A stretch of DNA of 64,000 nucleotides from Epiperipatus broadwayi (lineage: Eukaryota; Animalia; Onychophora): assembly GCA_028023455.1 (NCBI GenBank), contig JAQFVV010000006.1, forward strand, positions 18,662,001-18,726,000, read 5' to 3'. Below the pieces are notes generated by a model. The model made no database searches and had not been told where the DNA came from. It saw only the letters and a program-made list of their open reading frames with translations. Below, piece by piece: positions 1-11,580 of the stretch (within the stretch, counting starts at the first letter, position 1; every line of letters begins with the position of its first letter). Both the position numbers and the translations under genes were made by a program.

Positions 1-599
1 TTATTTTAATTGAACAAATGGTTTTGTTAATTCAAATGAAATAATTTTTAAGATCATTTTAAACAAATAAAAATAAAGTATTATATTTTAATACTATTTT
101 ATCAAATTAAATGTGTTGTCAAAATTTTTAAAAAGTTAAACATTATGATACGAATTAGTATATGGAACGAAGCAAATTTAAATTTATTAAAATAATATAA
201 GAAAGTAATCTGTTCAAAGTGCAAATCAAGCCAATCAAATCACCAAAAGAAGAAAGAGAAATTTTTATACCAGTTACATCAATTAATATATTTTATACTA
301 AAATATATGGTTACAATATATATATATCAGTTAATGCAAAATTCTGCTGAAATAAAATGCTTATTTTATTAAAAGAAATAATATATTTTTCTTTGTATAA
401 TCTTATTAAGATATGGCATATGATTTTTATTTTGAGATAAGCCTGCCAACATTTTCTAAAAGAATGTATATTTGTAATTAATTAGCCCATTCAAGGCAAA
501 TTAAAGATGGCCTTCTCTTTCTTTTTTTAATTAATAAAAATTCAAACTTTAAAGAAAGAAATTTAGAATAAAAAAGCATAAAAGTTATTTTTAGAAAAT

Positions 600-1100
600 G
601 TTACCTTGAAACAAAGGAGCGTGGGGGACTTATCAAGATCTAAGATCATACAAACAATAGAAGGTAGCTTACAAAAAACGTATAAATAGGAGAGAGAACA
701 AAAGACTTGGCATTCAGATTTCTCTTTAGAGAACTCTTTCAGATTTACTTGTTGAGATTTTATTCCAAAAAGTTATACAACTGTCGTCTTCAAAATCACG
801 GAGAAGTTTGAACATGCTACAAGCTAAAAGTCATATGAATTTGATGGATTCTACTATACTTGGCTAGGCAAATAGCTTTGCCTATCACCGAGGTTCCTAA
901 ATACCATCAAAATGCCATAGTATCCACCCAATACTAATCTGAACTCTGTGCCGTGTCTGTGGGACTTTTTGTGAAAGAATGCTAGCATTGCCATTTTTCC
1001 TTGTCCGGACAAATACCTATCGACGGATGTACCAAGCTACAAACGCCGAGGGAACATGACCAAGGGACCAGGACGGTAATCGTATCTCTCCTCATGAACT
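600..1100 (+). mobile_element. Decayed 3' fragment of an L1/Tx1-like non-LTR retrotransposon ORF2
   Basis: Broken frames give LETKERGGLI (PKxxGGLG-like motif) near 605-635 and CRVCGTFCE (C-terminal CxxC zinc-finger remnant) near 948-975. GC is above the flanks. Boundaries approximate. Confidence 0.5.
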
Positions 1101-1809
1101 ATTTACTTTCTACCCTTTTTTATTCATATCTTTCTTAATTGCTTCATTGAATTATATTTCTGAAATGTTGTATTTAAATATATTCGTTATGTAACCATTT
1201 TTATTAGACTAGTCTTAGATATATATATTGCATGATCATCTATCTATATATTTAACCCTTTTTCCTTCGCTATTCTTCATTACTAACATGTTTAAATATT
1301 TTGTATTCCATTGCGGTTAAGTTTAATTTTTCATTTAAAATATCTTCCAATTCCAATTATGTGTTGTAAAATAACTACAAGTAAGTTTCCTTTGTTTGCC
1401 AACTTGATCTCCTTGATAATGCTTCTTTTGTCCGGCATTAGTTTATTACATATATCTGATTTAGCTATATACGTCTTAAATAATTTTAAATTGTTTTTAG
1501 CACAAAGCAATTAGAAAATGCTTTGCGAAAGATTTTTATTATTGTACTTTATCGAGGAGAGTCGAGTTGACAATTTTATTAAAATTGGGAAGAAAGGACT
1601 TAGACCGGAAAAATATTATATCGTTTAATCTGTTTTTATTATCTAATTAGTTTTTCATTAATTCAGGGGAATAGCGGAGGCCATTAAATCATTATTAATA
1701 TTTTAAAGTCATTAATTAAATATATTATTTAACTAAATAGCTTCAGTTTTTCTAATTTTATTTTAATGCTTCATTTTGCTTTTCCAATGATCCAGGCATG
1801 CAAAACACA

Positions 1810-2100
1810 TATTTCTATTATGCACATTTAACTATTTAGTTCCATGGGTGTTCCCGTCCATGTTTCTCCCCTGATGCTAGTTTTGGGTCAGATGAGAAAG
1901 TAATTTATGCGTGTCTCAGATAATGTTGTTGGTTCATAGTTAGCCTCAAGAATAGGCAAATAGGGCAGAGGTCCTAGTATTCTTGATTTAATATCTCACA
2001 TATGGGTGGCCTTGAGGTACTTTCGCCTAGTATTCGAACTGGGTTAAACCAACATACATCATCTGACTGTCACAATATATATAATACAGTTTTTATAAAT
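1810..2100 (-). mobile_element. Penelope-like element GIY-YIG endonuclease remnant
   Basis: Minus strand reads IYCDSQMMYVGLT, then KNTRTSALFAYS and NMDG across frameshifts, matching the PLE pattern C-x-YVG-T ... SAL-H ... N-D-G. Confidence 0.5.
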
Positions 2101-2594
2101 TACTTGTTGCTACTGTTTTTTTTTTTTGAGTATTTGAAAGAATATTGTTTTTAGTAGAAATGCCTCATCTCACAACATAAAGATTAGTATACACTTCTGC
2201 CATACTTATGATCTGAAATTTTTAGGACAAGATAAATCTTCAGAAATTTCTTCAGGTCAAGCAGGTTCAGTATTTTTTTCAGCTATAGCCTATTGTCACT
2301 GCAGCTAGACATCTAAAATTTATTCACTAAATGGGCATGTGGCCATTATTAGTTAGATAACAATTATAATATATAAATTTGATCATTAATATAAGAGAAG
2401 TATTATAGTATTAATAAGCCTGAGCTCACAATTTTTGAAATAAATTTTTAAATTCAACCATGCTTCATGAAAATTATATATTATTTTTAATTAACCTGGT
2501 TCTTTTACTTATTTTTATAAAACTTATTAAATTATTTGAAACTATAAGGATATTAAAAAAAATTATAAGGGTAAATTTACAAAATTTGAATTTT

Positions 2595-2780
2595 ATAAGG
2601 AACTTGAACCCAGACTTTCAAACTCCCCTCAGCTATTTTTTTTTAAATCTCATGCAACTGATATACATGACCACACTCATGTAAAAAACATAAATGATCT
2701 CCAATGCACATATTTCATGCTGAACCAGCACTCATCAGTTGATCCAGACCATCATCTACCGCACACACACACATATATAT
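2595..2780 (-). mobile_element. HHR family A element, copy 1 (3' part)
   Basis: Reverse complement reads GGATCAA-CTGATGA-GTGCTG-GTT-CAGCAT-GAAA-TATGTGC-A-TTGGAG followed by the family terminal GGGTTCAAGTTCC. Homologous to 10870-11080, 18930-19200, 33505-33720 and 35541-35645. Confidence 0.75.
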
Positions 2781-3155
2781 TTATATATTGCAACCTTGCT
2801 AAAAAGAAAAAGTAAAACGAAAGAATCCAACTAACTAGAATATAACTATATTATTCTACAGTCAAGTTACATAAACAATGACTTCTAAGTCAATTTAGAC
2901 TATCTCAAGATACACTGCTAACACACAGTAGCTAATAAAATCAATATTGTACAATAATTAATTATGAGAAAACTCATTAAATTAAAATATTAAACCACCA
3001 AACATCTCATGATCACCATTTCTTATGCTTGCTCGTAACTTAATAAAACAGGAAAAACTTTCATATAGTAGTGCCACTCAGTGCAAGCCAGAATAATCAA
3101 TGGATGCCAGAAGGCTTGTGCATAAAATCGCTATCTAGTGCCTACTCATCCAATA

Positions 3156-3197
3156 TCCCCAGACTAGTTTCTAGCTTGTGGTCATTGTCAGTGAGGA
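3156..3197 (-). ncRNA. Minimal type-I hammerhead ribozyme, family B (copy B1)
   Basis: Reverse complement: TCCTCA-CTGACAA-TGACCACAAGCTA-GAA-ACTAGT-C-TGGGGA. Stem I is 6 bp and stem III is the palindrome ACTAGT. The core has a G8-to-A change. Confidence 0.7.
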
Positions 3198-3557
3198 GCC
3201 TTAGATCTGAGAGCAGTGATTGAGTGGCACTACTGTATGGAGAGTTTTGCCTGTTTTAATAACAATTATGAGAAGCATCAAGAAATAGTGATCATATGAT
3301 GTTTGGTTGTTTAATACCAATTCTGCATAATTTGATAGCAGTGCCTATGGTTATTAAAGAACCAAAGACACCAAAATGTAGGGTACTGAACTGAATTCAG
3401 AACTATATGACTATATAATAAGCTAATGAGCTTGGGTTGAAAATATTATGTTTTCAATTTTATTCTCATAGTTTTGTAGTTAAGCAGAGATAAAAGATGG
3501 CTGCTGGAGGGTCGCATTAGATACTGAGATCTATGTGCAGTGCTCTCAAATCCAAGG

Positions 3558-3595
3558 CTCCTCACTGACAGCCACAAGCTAGAAACTAATTAGGG
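3558..3595 (+). ncRNA. Degenerate hammerhead motif, family B (copy B2)
   Basis: CTCCTCA-CTGACA-GCCACAAGCTA-GAAACTAAT-TAGGGA. There is a small deletion in the core/stem II. Confidence 0.5.
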
Positions 3596-4007
3596 ATATT
3601 GGATGAGTAGGCACTAGATAGGGATTTCATGCACAAGCCTTCTTGCATCCATTGATTACTCTGGCTTGCATTGAATGGCACTACTGTATGGAGAGTTTTG
3701 CCTGTTTTAATAACAGTTATGAGCAAGCATAAGAAATGATGATCTTGTGATGTTTAGTGGTTGAATACCAATCCTGCCTAATAGGATAATGGTGGCTATG
3801 GTTATTAAAGAACCAAAGACACCAAAATGTATGGGTACTGAACTGAGTTCAGACCTATATGACTATATAAGCTAATGAGTTTGGATTGAAAATTTTATTG
3901 TTTTCAATTTTATTCTCATAGTTTTATAGTTATGTAGAGATAAAAGGTGGCTGCTGGAGGGTTGTATTAGATTCTAAGATCTATGTGCAGTGCTCTCAGA
4001 TCCAAGG

Positions 4008-4050
4008 CTCCTCACTGACGATGGCTGCAAGCTAGAAACTAGTCGAGATA
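4008..4050 (+). ncRNA. Minimal type-I hammerhead ribozyme, family B (copy B3)
   Basis: CTCCTCA-CTGACGA-TGGCT-GCA-AGCTA-GAA-ACTAGT-C-GAGA. The catalytic core CUGACGA/GAAA/GUC is intact. The 3' strand of stem I is damaged. Confidence 0.7.
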
Positions 4051-7000
4051 TTGGATGAGTATGCACTAGATAGGGATTTTATGCACAAGCCTTCTGACAT
4101 CCATTGATTTCTCTGGCTTGCACTGAATGGCACTACTGTATGGAGAGTTTTGCCTGTTCTAAATTAAAATATAATAATATTTAAGTTCACAATAAATAAT
4201 TAGGATTCTAACTAGAATACTCAACTCCTTTATTCTACTAATAAATTTAATTTATAATTAGCTCATTGTTATAGACAAAATATGGTTTGATTAAAAATAA
4301 ATATTATAAAACTCTTCACATGAGACATTCAGCCAGGTACAATGGCCTAAATATTGAGGATACATCCCTAAGGATACATTCCCAATGGCATAAGAATATT
4401 ATCCCACCAAATTCACATAACAAAATTACTAGTAATACTCCCATGTCTTTAGACATACATATAATAATCCTAAATACAATTTGCAAATTTATCATGGAAA
4501 TAACAATAAATTAATTACTACTCCTTTAATAAAAAGATACTAATTGAAAATTTAACATTAACTGATAATTCTTATTCTCTTTCAATACAAAATTGACAAT
4601 TCTTTTAAAGATAATCTCAGATTCATTTCTGACACTAATAATAAAAATAAATTAATTAAGACCCTGGAGTTAAATATGATAAGGGATTTTACATATTTAA
4701 CTACCCTTACAACAATAAGCAACTAGGATAACCTAATGATTCTTAACATTAAATCTATTTAATAATCAATATTTAGCAATAAAATATAAATAAAATAATA
4801 AGATTCTATGTAAATATTACACAATCTTTATTTTATGTGATATAACATATTTTAATTTAGTGGCAATATCATGTATCTCAAATTAGTGTTGGTTCCTTCT
4901 AAAACAATCACCAATGATTATATCTTCTGCAATACTAACAACAATTATATACTTTATTACTCCATCAATGTTTGAAACCATTAATGTCTATGGATCATGC
5001 ATGTGGAATGAAGAATCAAATGAATAACAGGCAGACAAATCAAAACTCAACTAGAATATTAATTTTAAAACAATTAACAATTTTATTATGATTAAACAAC
5101 ATTATGGCTATTACAATAGATTATGAAATAAAAAATATTTACAACAAAATATATATATAAAGTATTTATACTGTAAATTTTACAAGTAAATAACAAAAAA
5201 TAAAATAAGATAGTCTTCATTTCAGCCACTTTAAATAAAATAAAACATTACAATAATTCTTATTTGATAAAAAAATAATATTCTATTGTTTTTGTAGTGA
5301 GAAATAATTAAAACAAATCTCCCAATTTCTAATAAATAACTTAATGATACACTTATACTATCATAAAAATATATTTATTATTTTATAGTTTTTAAATATA
5401 AATTTAGGTCTAAAATACACCTATCTAAATGTAATAAATAGTAAGATATTTTCAAAATTATTAAAATATTTCATTTGCAGTTCAGCAAAGCATCATTTTG
5501 ATATTTTAATACATTCTAATACTTTAATATTAAAAAGTTTAAATAAAGAAAATATGAATACCTCCCTTTAAATTATCTACTTATGCAAAACATATTTAAA
5601 ATATAATTTCATGGGTTTTTTTCTTTTTTTAACAAATTTTTTGAAAAAATTATTAATAAATTATATTGCTTGATATTTTGTATTTTCTTCATTTTTATAT
5701 TTTACATTCATCATAGTATTCAAATCATTTTTCATTATTTTCACTTTCATTCCAATTTACATATGCATTTATTTTGAGCTAAATGATCTCTAATAATTGT
5801 GGGAATATTAATCATTTCTCTTCTATCTTTTATATTATGCCAAGCATCAAATATCTCAATATCATTTGTGATAGAAATTTTATGTCTCATTTCGCCTTTA
5901 CATAAACTATCAATTTCTAACAGTTTAGCCATTACTTTACCATCTTATAAAAACTATATCCTCTACAATGTGATTTTTGTAGTCATAAATAGTGATTATA
6001 GTGTAGAGTATGGAATAATAAAAACTCAAATGAGTAAAAAATATCATGGATGCAGTACAAAATAATAATAGGTCCGCATTTATCAAGCACCTAAAGTTCA
6101 TATCATGGCTTTATTCTAGCTCTTATTGACTATAAGAGAATGTGACTATTCATGAAAAAATATACAGCCCTTTATTACCTATATATTTAGCCAATTCAAA
6201 GTGTGACAATACAATTCACACATAACAGCTTTCATCACATTCCTAAACACTTAGGATTTCATATAATAATTAATCTTCGACCACCACACTGAATAAATAT
6301 ATTAATATCATAAAAATATACAGACATTATAAAATAATTTCCAAACAACATTACTAAAAAAACAACAAAAATCTAAATTCATTTCAAGACAGTTTTTCAA
6401 AGTTTTCGAGCACAAATGATACTGATCAAATATACATCAATGTTATATATTTATTAATTGTTGTTGCATTATATAATTTAGATATCAGTATTGCTGTATT
6501 TCTCTGTATCTTAACAGATAATCTTCATAAAGATAATATGTTAATAACTCGACAATGTCATAAAATGTATGCATATTCAAGCATTTATAATAAACAATCT
6601 TTTTTTTTACATATCCTTAGATATTTAAAAACTTTCACTTGCATTCATTTTTTTTAAACTCATACGATAATTATATCAACAGTTGATTCAGCCATTCATT
6701 ATATAATTCAAACAATATGAAAATTATAAGATAAAGTATTAATTTTAAAATACAACATTAAAAAAATCATCAAGCAAATGTAATGTAAATAATAAATGAA
6801 ATTACCTATAATCTCAATTTATCAAAATTGTGTAACAGCGATCCATTTCTTTGTTCATACATTCAACCAAATTAGCATTACTAATAATCTGGTCAGAAAA
6901 CTAATTTTTGAAAACCCTTTTTTTTATTTAACATATATAAATGAAATAATATTTTATATAGCTCTGTTTTATAAACAGTAATAATAATCAGTTATTAAGC

Positions 7001-8797
7001 TAATACACATGTACTTTGAAGATTTAAATTATAAATTATTTAACATAATAAAAAAACTAATCTATTTTAAGATTAAATTTTTTAAAATACATTATAACAA
7101 CAGATTAGTTTTTACTAAAACAATATTTTAAAATGCTAATGTTAGATTAAAAAAATTATGAGGAAATTTTAAAGTTATGAAAAGTTTCTCTTCCTCTTGT
7201 AAGTTGAGCACTTGTCAGAAAAATTTCCTAATTGCCTAGTTATGGACAGAAAGTTCTGAACAAAATCATACTTCTCTTTTGTGCCATTTAATGAAATGTA
7301 TAAATAACAAAAAATTCAATAAAATCTAGGAAAATTATTAAACATCCTGAAAAGATAAATGTTTATTCCAGTCTTTTCCTGAGCATCTATTCAGGCATGC
7401 AATATCTCCGTAAAATAGTAATTCAAGAATCCATTCATGTGAAAATATTTTTACATCCATTTTTTTTTCTAAATTCCAGCAGGTGTATATATCAGATATA
7501 TTGTGATAATTATAACACATATAATATTTGCATTTCAGTTGATCAAAACATTAGTAAAATATATAATATAAAATAATTCATTTAGTATATTTTTCAGCAG
7601 ATATATTTTATTAATTAAAGATAAATATTTCTTTTTTTTAAATACTTAAGAATATTATTCTTAAAAACGTATATATTTCAACTAGACATTTTTCAGGTAA
7701 AATTATAACTATTCTAATCCATGACATTCATTAACTGAAATAATATTAATATTTTTAAACAGATGTACTATAGCTCATTTATTCCAGATAAAATCATTTC
7801 ATAGCATATAATTTATTTATTGATTTTATCAATAATAAGTCTTCTTAAAAAGATAAAAAAATATTTGTCATTTTTTCTAATTTTTCTTCCAATACATCAT
7901 TCTCAAACATGAAATCCATTTAGATTAAACTTTAAAGATAATTTAAAATGTAAAATATGTTACTAGCATTCATATAACAAGCAGTTACTCAAGCACATCA
8001 TAAAGAAAAATATTTTAATCTAATTTTGTAACTTAAATGCACAGTATAAACTCTTCTCTTCCTTTTCTCAAACTTAATATTATGATAATGATTTTTTTAA
8101 TAAAATGTTTGTTTCCTCTTTTTTTGACAAATTAATCTCATTAAAGTTAAATGTTCATTCATCTAAGCATGTTATTATAAAAAATGTAAATTCCTTATAT
8201 AAATCTCCTCTAGTCTTGTTGAAGAATATTTTTTGGCATTTGGTATACATTATCCCAGTATTCAAATGACTTACTTTGTCCATAAATTATTATGGCTTTA
8301 AATTAAGTTTCAATCAGCATCCTCTGACAGGGAACTTTTGGTTTTTTATTCAGTCATAATTAAAGTAGGTGTAAAATTATACTTTTTAAATACTTTTAAG
8401 AGAAAATAATAATTTTTAAAAAATTACTACTGTTACAAAAAAAATATTGATTATAAATTTCAAACTATTGTTACTTTTTGCTTTTACTTCACTCTCACTT
8501 ATATAGCATACTGTATTTCTAGACTGGATTGAACCTCTGTTTTTATACTGGTCTAATCTAGTGATTTCATTGGTTAATTCTGCTTATAAAAACCTGCTAA
8601 TTTACATACTTAAATCAATTTCATCTTTTAAAATTAAGTTTTAAAATTATGAGTCATTTATTAAATATCAGATTTATTCAATAGTTTAAATATTAAATAT
8701 TTATTAAATATCTTCATAAAATAAAACAATTTCAATATTTTAATGACTCTAAAATATAAATTTTTAAAACAAAGTATTACATTTAAGGAACATAATA

Positions 8798-9928
8798 CAC
8801 CTGGGTCTCTTTTTCTGCAGACTTATTTAACACGATTTTGAAGTTACGCAATTCATGTTCCACCGGAAGTCGAACTCCGATAATGCGCTATTACTTTAAA
8901 TAATAAATTTTGTGCACTTACGTTATATTGAAAGTAATAGCACATTATTGGAATTCGACTTTCATCTTAGTAATTTCAATATTTTCAGTGCTTTATAATA
9001 GTAAGATTTTATGCAATAATGAAATTAAAATCATGATTTTTACATTTTATGTATACACACATTAAATTTTACAAGATTATAATGTAAATTTGTTCAAACA
9101 CTGTGCGTGTTGTGTTAATTTTGCATTTTAAATCACATTCTGTTTTTACTTTTTAAAAAAGAACGTAATCAATTATTAATCATTTAGTGTCCACAAGTTT
9201 ATTTTTAAAAGGTGAGTAATAGCAGTGGGCACAATTAAATTTGACAATTAAAAATTAAAATCTGATTTTTAATTGTAATTAACAATTTAAAAATTACTTA
9301 CGGCGACTTGAAATTAATGTGATGTAAAATGAAATTTGATTTTTAAACTGAATTGAAAGTAAAAAAATTAAAGACAAAAATAAGAATTTAATTTTTAGTT
9401 GTTAGTTTTAATTAAATTTTTTCCAGCAGTGGTGAATAAATGTTTTATTATTATCATAAGTCTAAGTTTATAAACAATTAATAAAATCATTGTCTCAAAG
9501 ATTAATTACTAATTACATTGTCAACAGAAAATCATTAACACAACATGAGAGTGCTAATGAACGTGTTTTTCGGCAAATAGGGATAATAATTAAAATGTGT
9601 ATAAAAATGTAAATTACTATACTGTAAATTATGCATAAAAATATATTATTTTGAATCAAATTAAATATTATAGTTAAAAAAAGTTTGTCTTGTATCAATT
9701 TTTTTCAAATTTGAAATTTTTTATTAGTCATATTTTATTTCCTTATTTTTTTTTTTTTTGCATGAATTTTAAAGTAATTTTACATTGGTGCTTTGCTTTT
9801 ATGTGAATTTTGAAAAATCACAGACCGCATCCCCCCCTTTTCAATGTAAGTTACATCTGTTTTTGCGCAATTTCGTTTGTGCGTGTTTTCTGAGGAACCT
9901 ATCTATCGCGTAAAACAAGACCCAGGTG
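8798..9928. mobile_element. Non-autonomous TIR element (MITE-like, TA-flanked, probably Tc1/mariner superfamily), copy 1
   Basis: Termini CACCTGGGTCT...AGACCCAGGTG with TA on both sides. Colinear with 35740-36762. No ORF. Confidence 0.9.
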
Positions 9929-10484
9929 TAATAACTTTCACTATTACTTTTAAAATATTATCGTTATCTCTAATTCTTGCTACATTTTATTATGTATCAA
10001 ATTTTGTTAACAAGCTAGAAATCAAAGTTTTCTTTTCCTAACTCTTGAAAGCTTACACATTAACACACCCACCTTTATGTCATGTGATACTTTCAGAATA
10101 TTCTAGACTAATATTAAGTTAACTATCATTTAAATAATATTTTAAACAAAACGATTACTTTAAACATTTTATAAAATATTTACAGCTATAATAAAACTAT
10201 TATATCATTACAGTATTTTTTGAATATAATAAATAAAATTAATACTATATTTTAAACAATAGATTGTATTATTTTAACTCATATTAAAATGAAACTATTT
10301 AAACATCTTTATAAACTCCTATTTACTGAGTTTGAGCTCCTGCTACCTATGAAATCATAATTACATATTTAAAAAAATCACCTAATTTTTTTTTAATATA
10401 GCTATATTTTAAACCCTACTTTATCTTTCTGTACCAACTATAAGGATACAATATATATCATCTATGTGCATGGTATATTCAGAT

Positions 10485-11080
10485 AGCAAGTCTTCAAACT
10501 TTAATGAACAGGTTTCAATCCATTTCACTTTCCAACTCTTCAATCATCCATAGCATTGAAAATCTGATGATGGAACACCCAAATCCTTTGTTGATACAAA
10601 ATTATTGTCATGCCCATGTTGGCCTTAAGCCACTCTTACTTTTCATGTATAGGACCTTATCCATTTAAATATAAGATCCTGCATTCTGTTCACTCCTTGT
10701 ATTTAAATGGATAAAGACTTATACACAAGGGTCAGAGTGACTTAAGGTCAACATGGGCATGGCAATAATATTGGCATCAACAAGGGATTTGAGTGTTCCA
10801 TCATCAGAATTTCAATGATATGGGTGGTTGAAGAGTTGGGGGGGTGGAGTGGGTTAAAGCATGTCCATTAAAGTTTGAAGATTTGCTATCTTAATATAAA
10901 CTGAGCACTGATTATATATGTGTGTGGAATATGATGGTCTGGATAAACTGATGAATGCTGGTTCAGTACGAAATATGTATATTGGAGATCTTTCTCACAT
11001 TGTGTAGCCATGTGTATCAGTTGTATGAGATAGAGCGAATAGCTGAAGGGATCTTGAAAATCTGTGTTCAAGTCCCTTAT
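10485..11080 (+). mobile_element. HHR family A element, foldback copy
   Basis: About 10485-10670 is the reverse complement of about 10700-10890. The right arm continues through the HHR and ends at GTTCAAGTCCCTT. Confidence 0.75.
10930..10992 (+). ncRNA. Type-I hammerhead ribozyme, family A (copy A2)
   Basis: GATGGTCTGGATAAA-CTGATGA(10948)-ATGCTG-GTT-CAGTAC-GAA-ATATGTAT-A-TTGGAGATC. The core is intact. Stem I is extended with an internal loop. The base of stem II is mismatched. Confidence 0.7.
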
Positions 11081-11452
11081 AAGTTACATCTAAAATTGCA
11101 AGTATATAAAAAAGTTGTATTCAATCAAATTTGAATTTTGTAATATTAAATTTTATTTACTAGCACAGAGATTATATGTAATTTTTAAATAGGAGGCATT
11201 TACACCCTAAATGCATGAGCTGTAATATTGGTATCTCAACAATGTCTTGTTGAGTACTGAGAATACTCTCAAACCAAAGCACAAGATAGGGATTTTTGAA
11301 AAGATAAGAGCTGCTGTCTTTGAATTTTACAAGAGCAATTTTCTTTACCCAACTGTAGACCACAGTTAACTTGAGTAATCATTGGACAGCAGAACATGTA
11401 GTGCTATGATTATCTCAACCCCAGAATGGTTTATGGATTTTTCCTTCTTTAA

Positions 11453-11500
11453 CAAGACCTGAAGAAGAGGGGAGAAAAATACCTCTCGAAACATTGTACA
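11453..11500 (+). ncRNA. Hammerhead-like motif, family C
   Basis: CTGAAGA-A-GAGGGG-AGAAAAATA-CCTCTC-GAA-ACATTGT-A. Stem II is 6 bp. The 3' strand of stem I is absent and is replaced by a tandem duplication. Confidence 0.55.
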
Positions 11501-11580
11501 TATACTAACCTGTTTGCTGTGATATTACTAACAGTTGGTGCATATACTCACCTGTTTGCTGTGATATTATTAACAGTTGA
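11499..11580. repeat. ~42-bp tandem duplication
   Basis: CATATACT(A/C)ACCTGTTTGCTGTGATATTA(C/T)TAACAGTTG occurs twice. Confidence 0.85.

Larger units (their letters stand above)
2991..4159 (+). mobile_element. HHR family B composite insertion: inverted partial unit plus two tandem ~450-nt units, 13-bp TSD
   Basis: 2991-3218 is the reverse complement of part of the unit. The HHR core recurs at 3565 and 4015. The direct repeat TAAATTAAAATAT flanks the insertion at 2978-2990 and 4160-4172. This is the inverted-plus-tandem layout known for PLE pseudo-LTRs. Confidence 0.85.

Noticed and set aside
10562-10590. CTGATGA in the family A foldback arm (mirrored near 10800)
   Set aside because: No properly placed GAAA after a stem II, so it is not called as a hammerhead.
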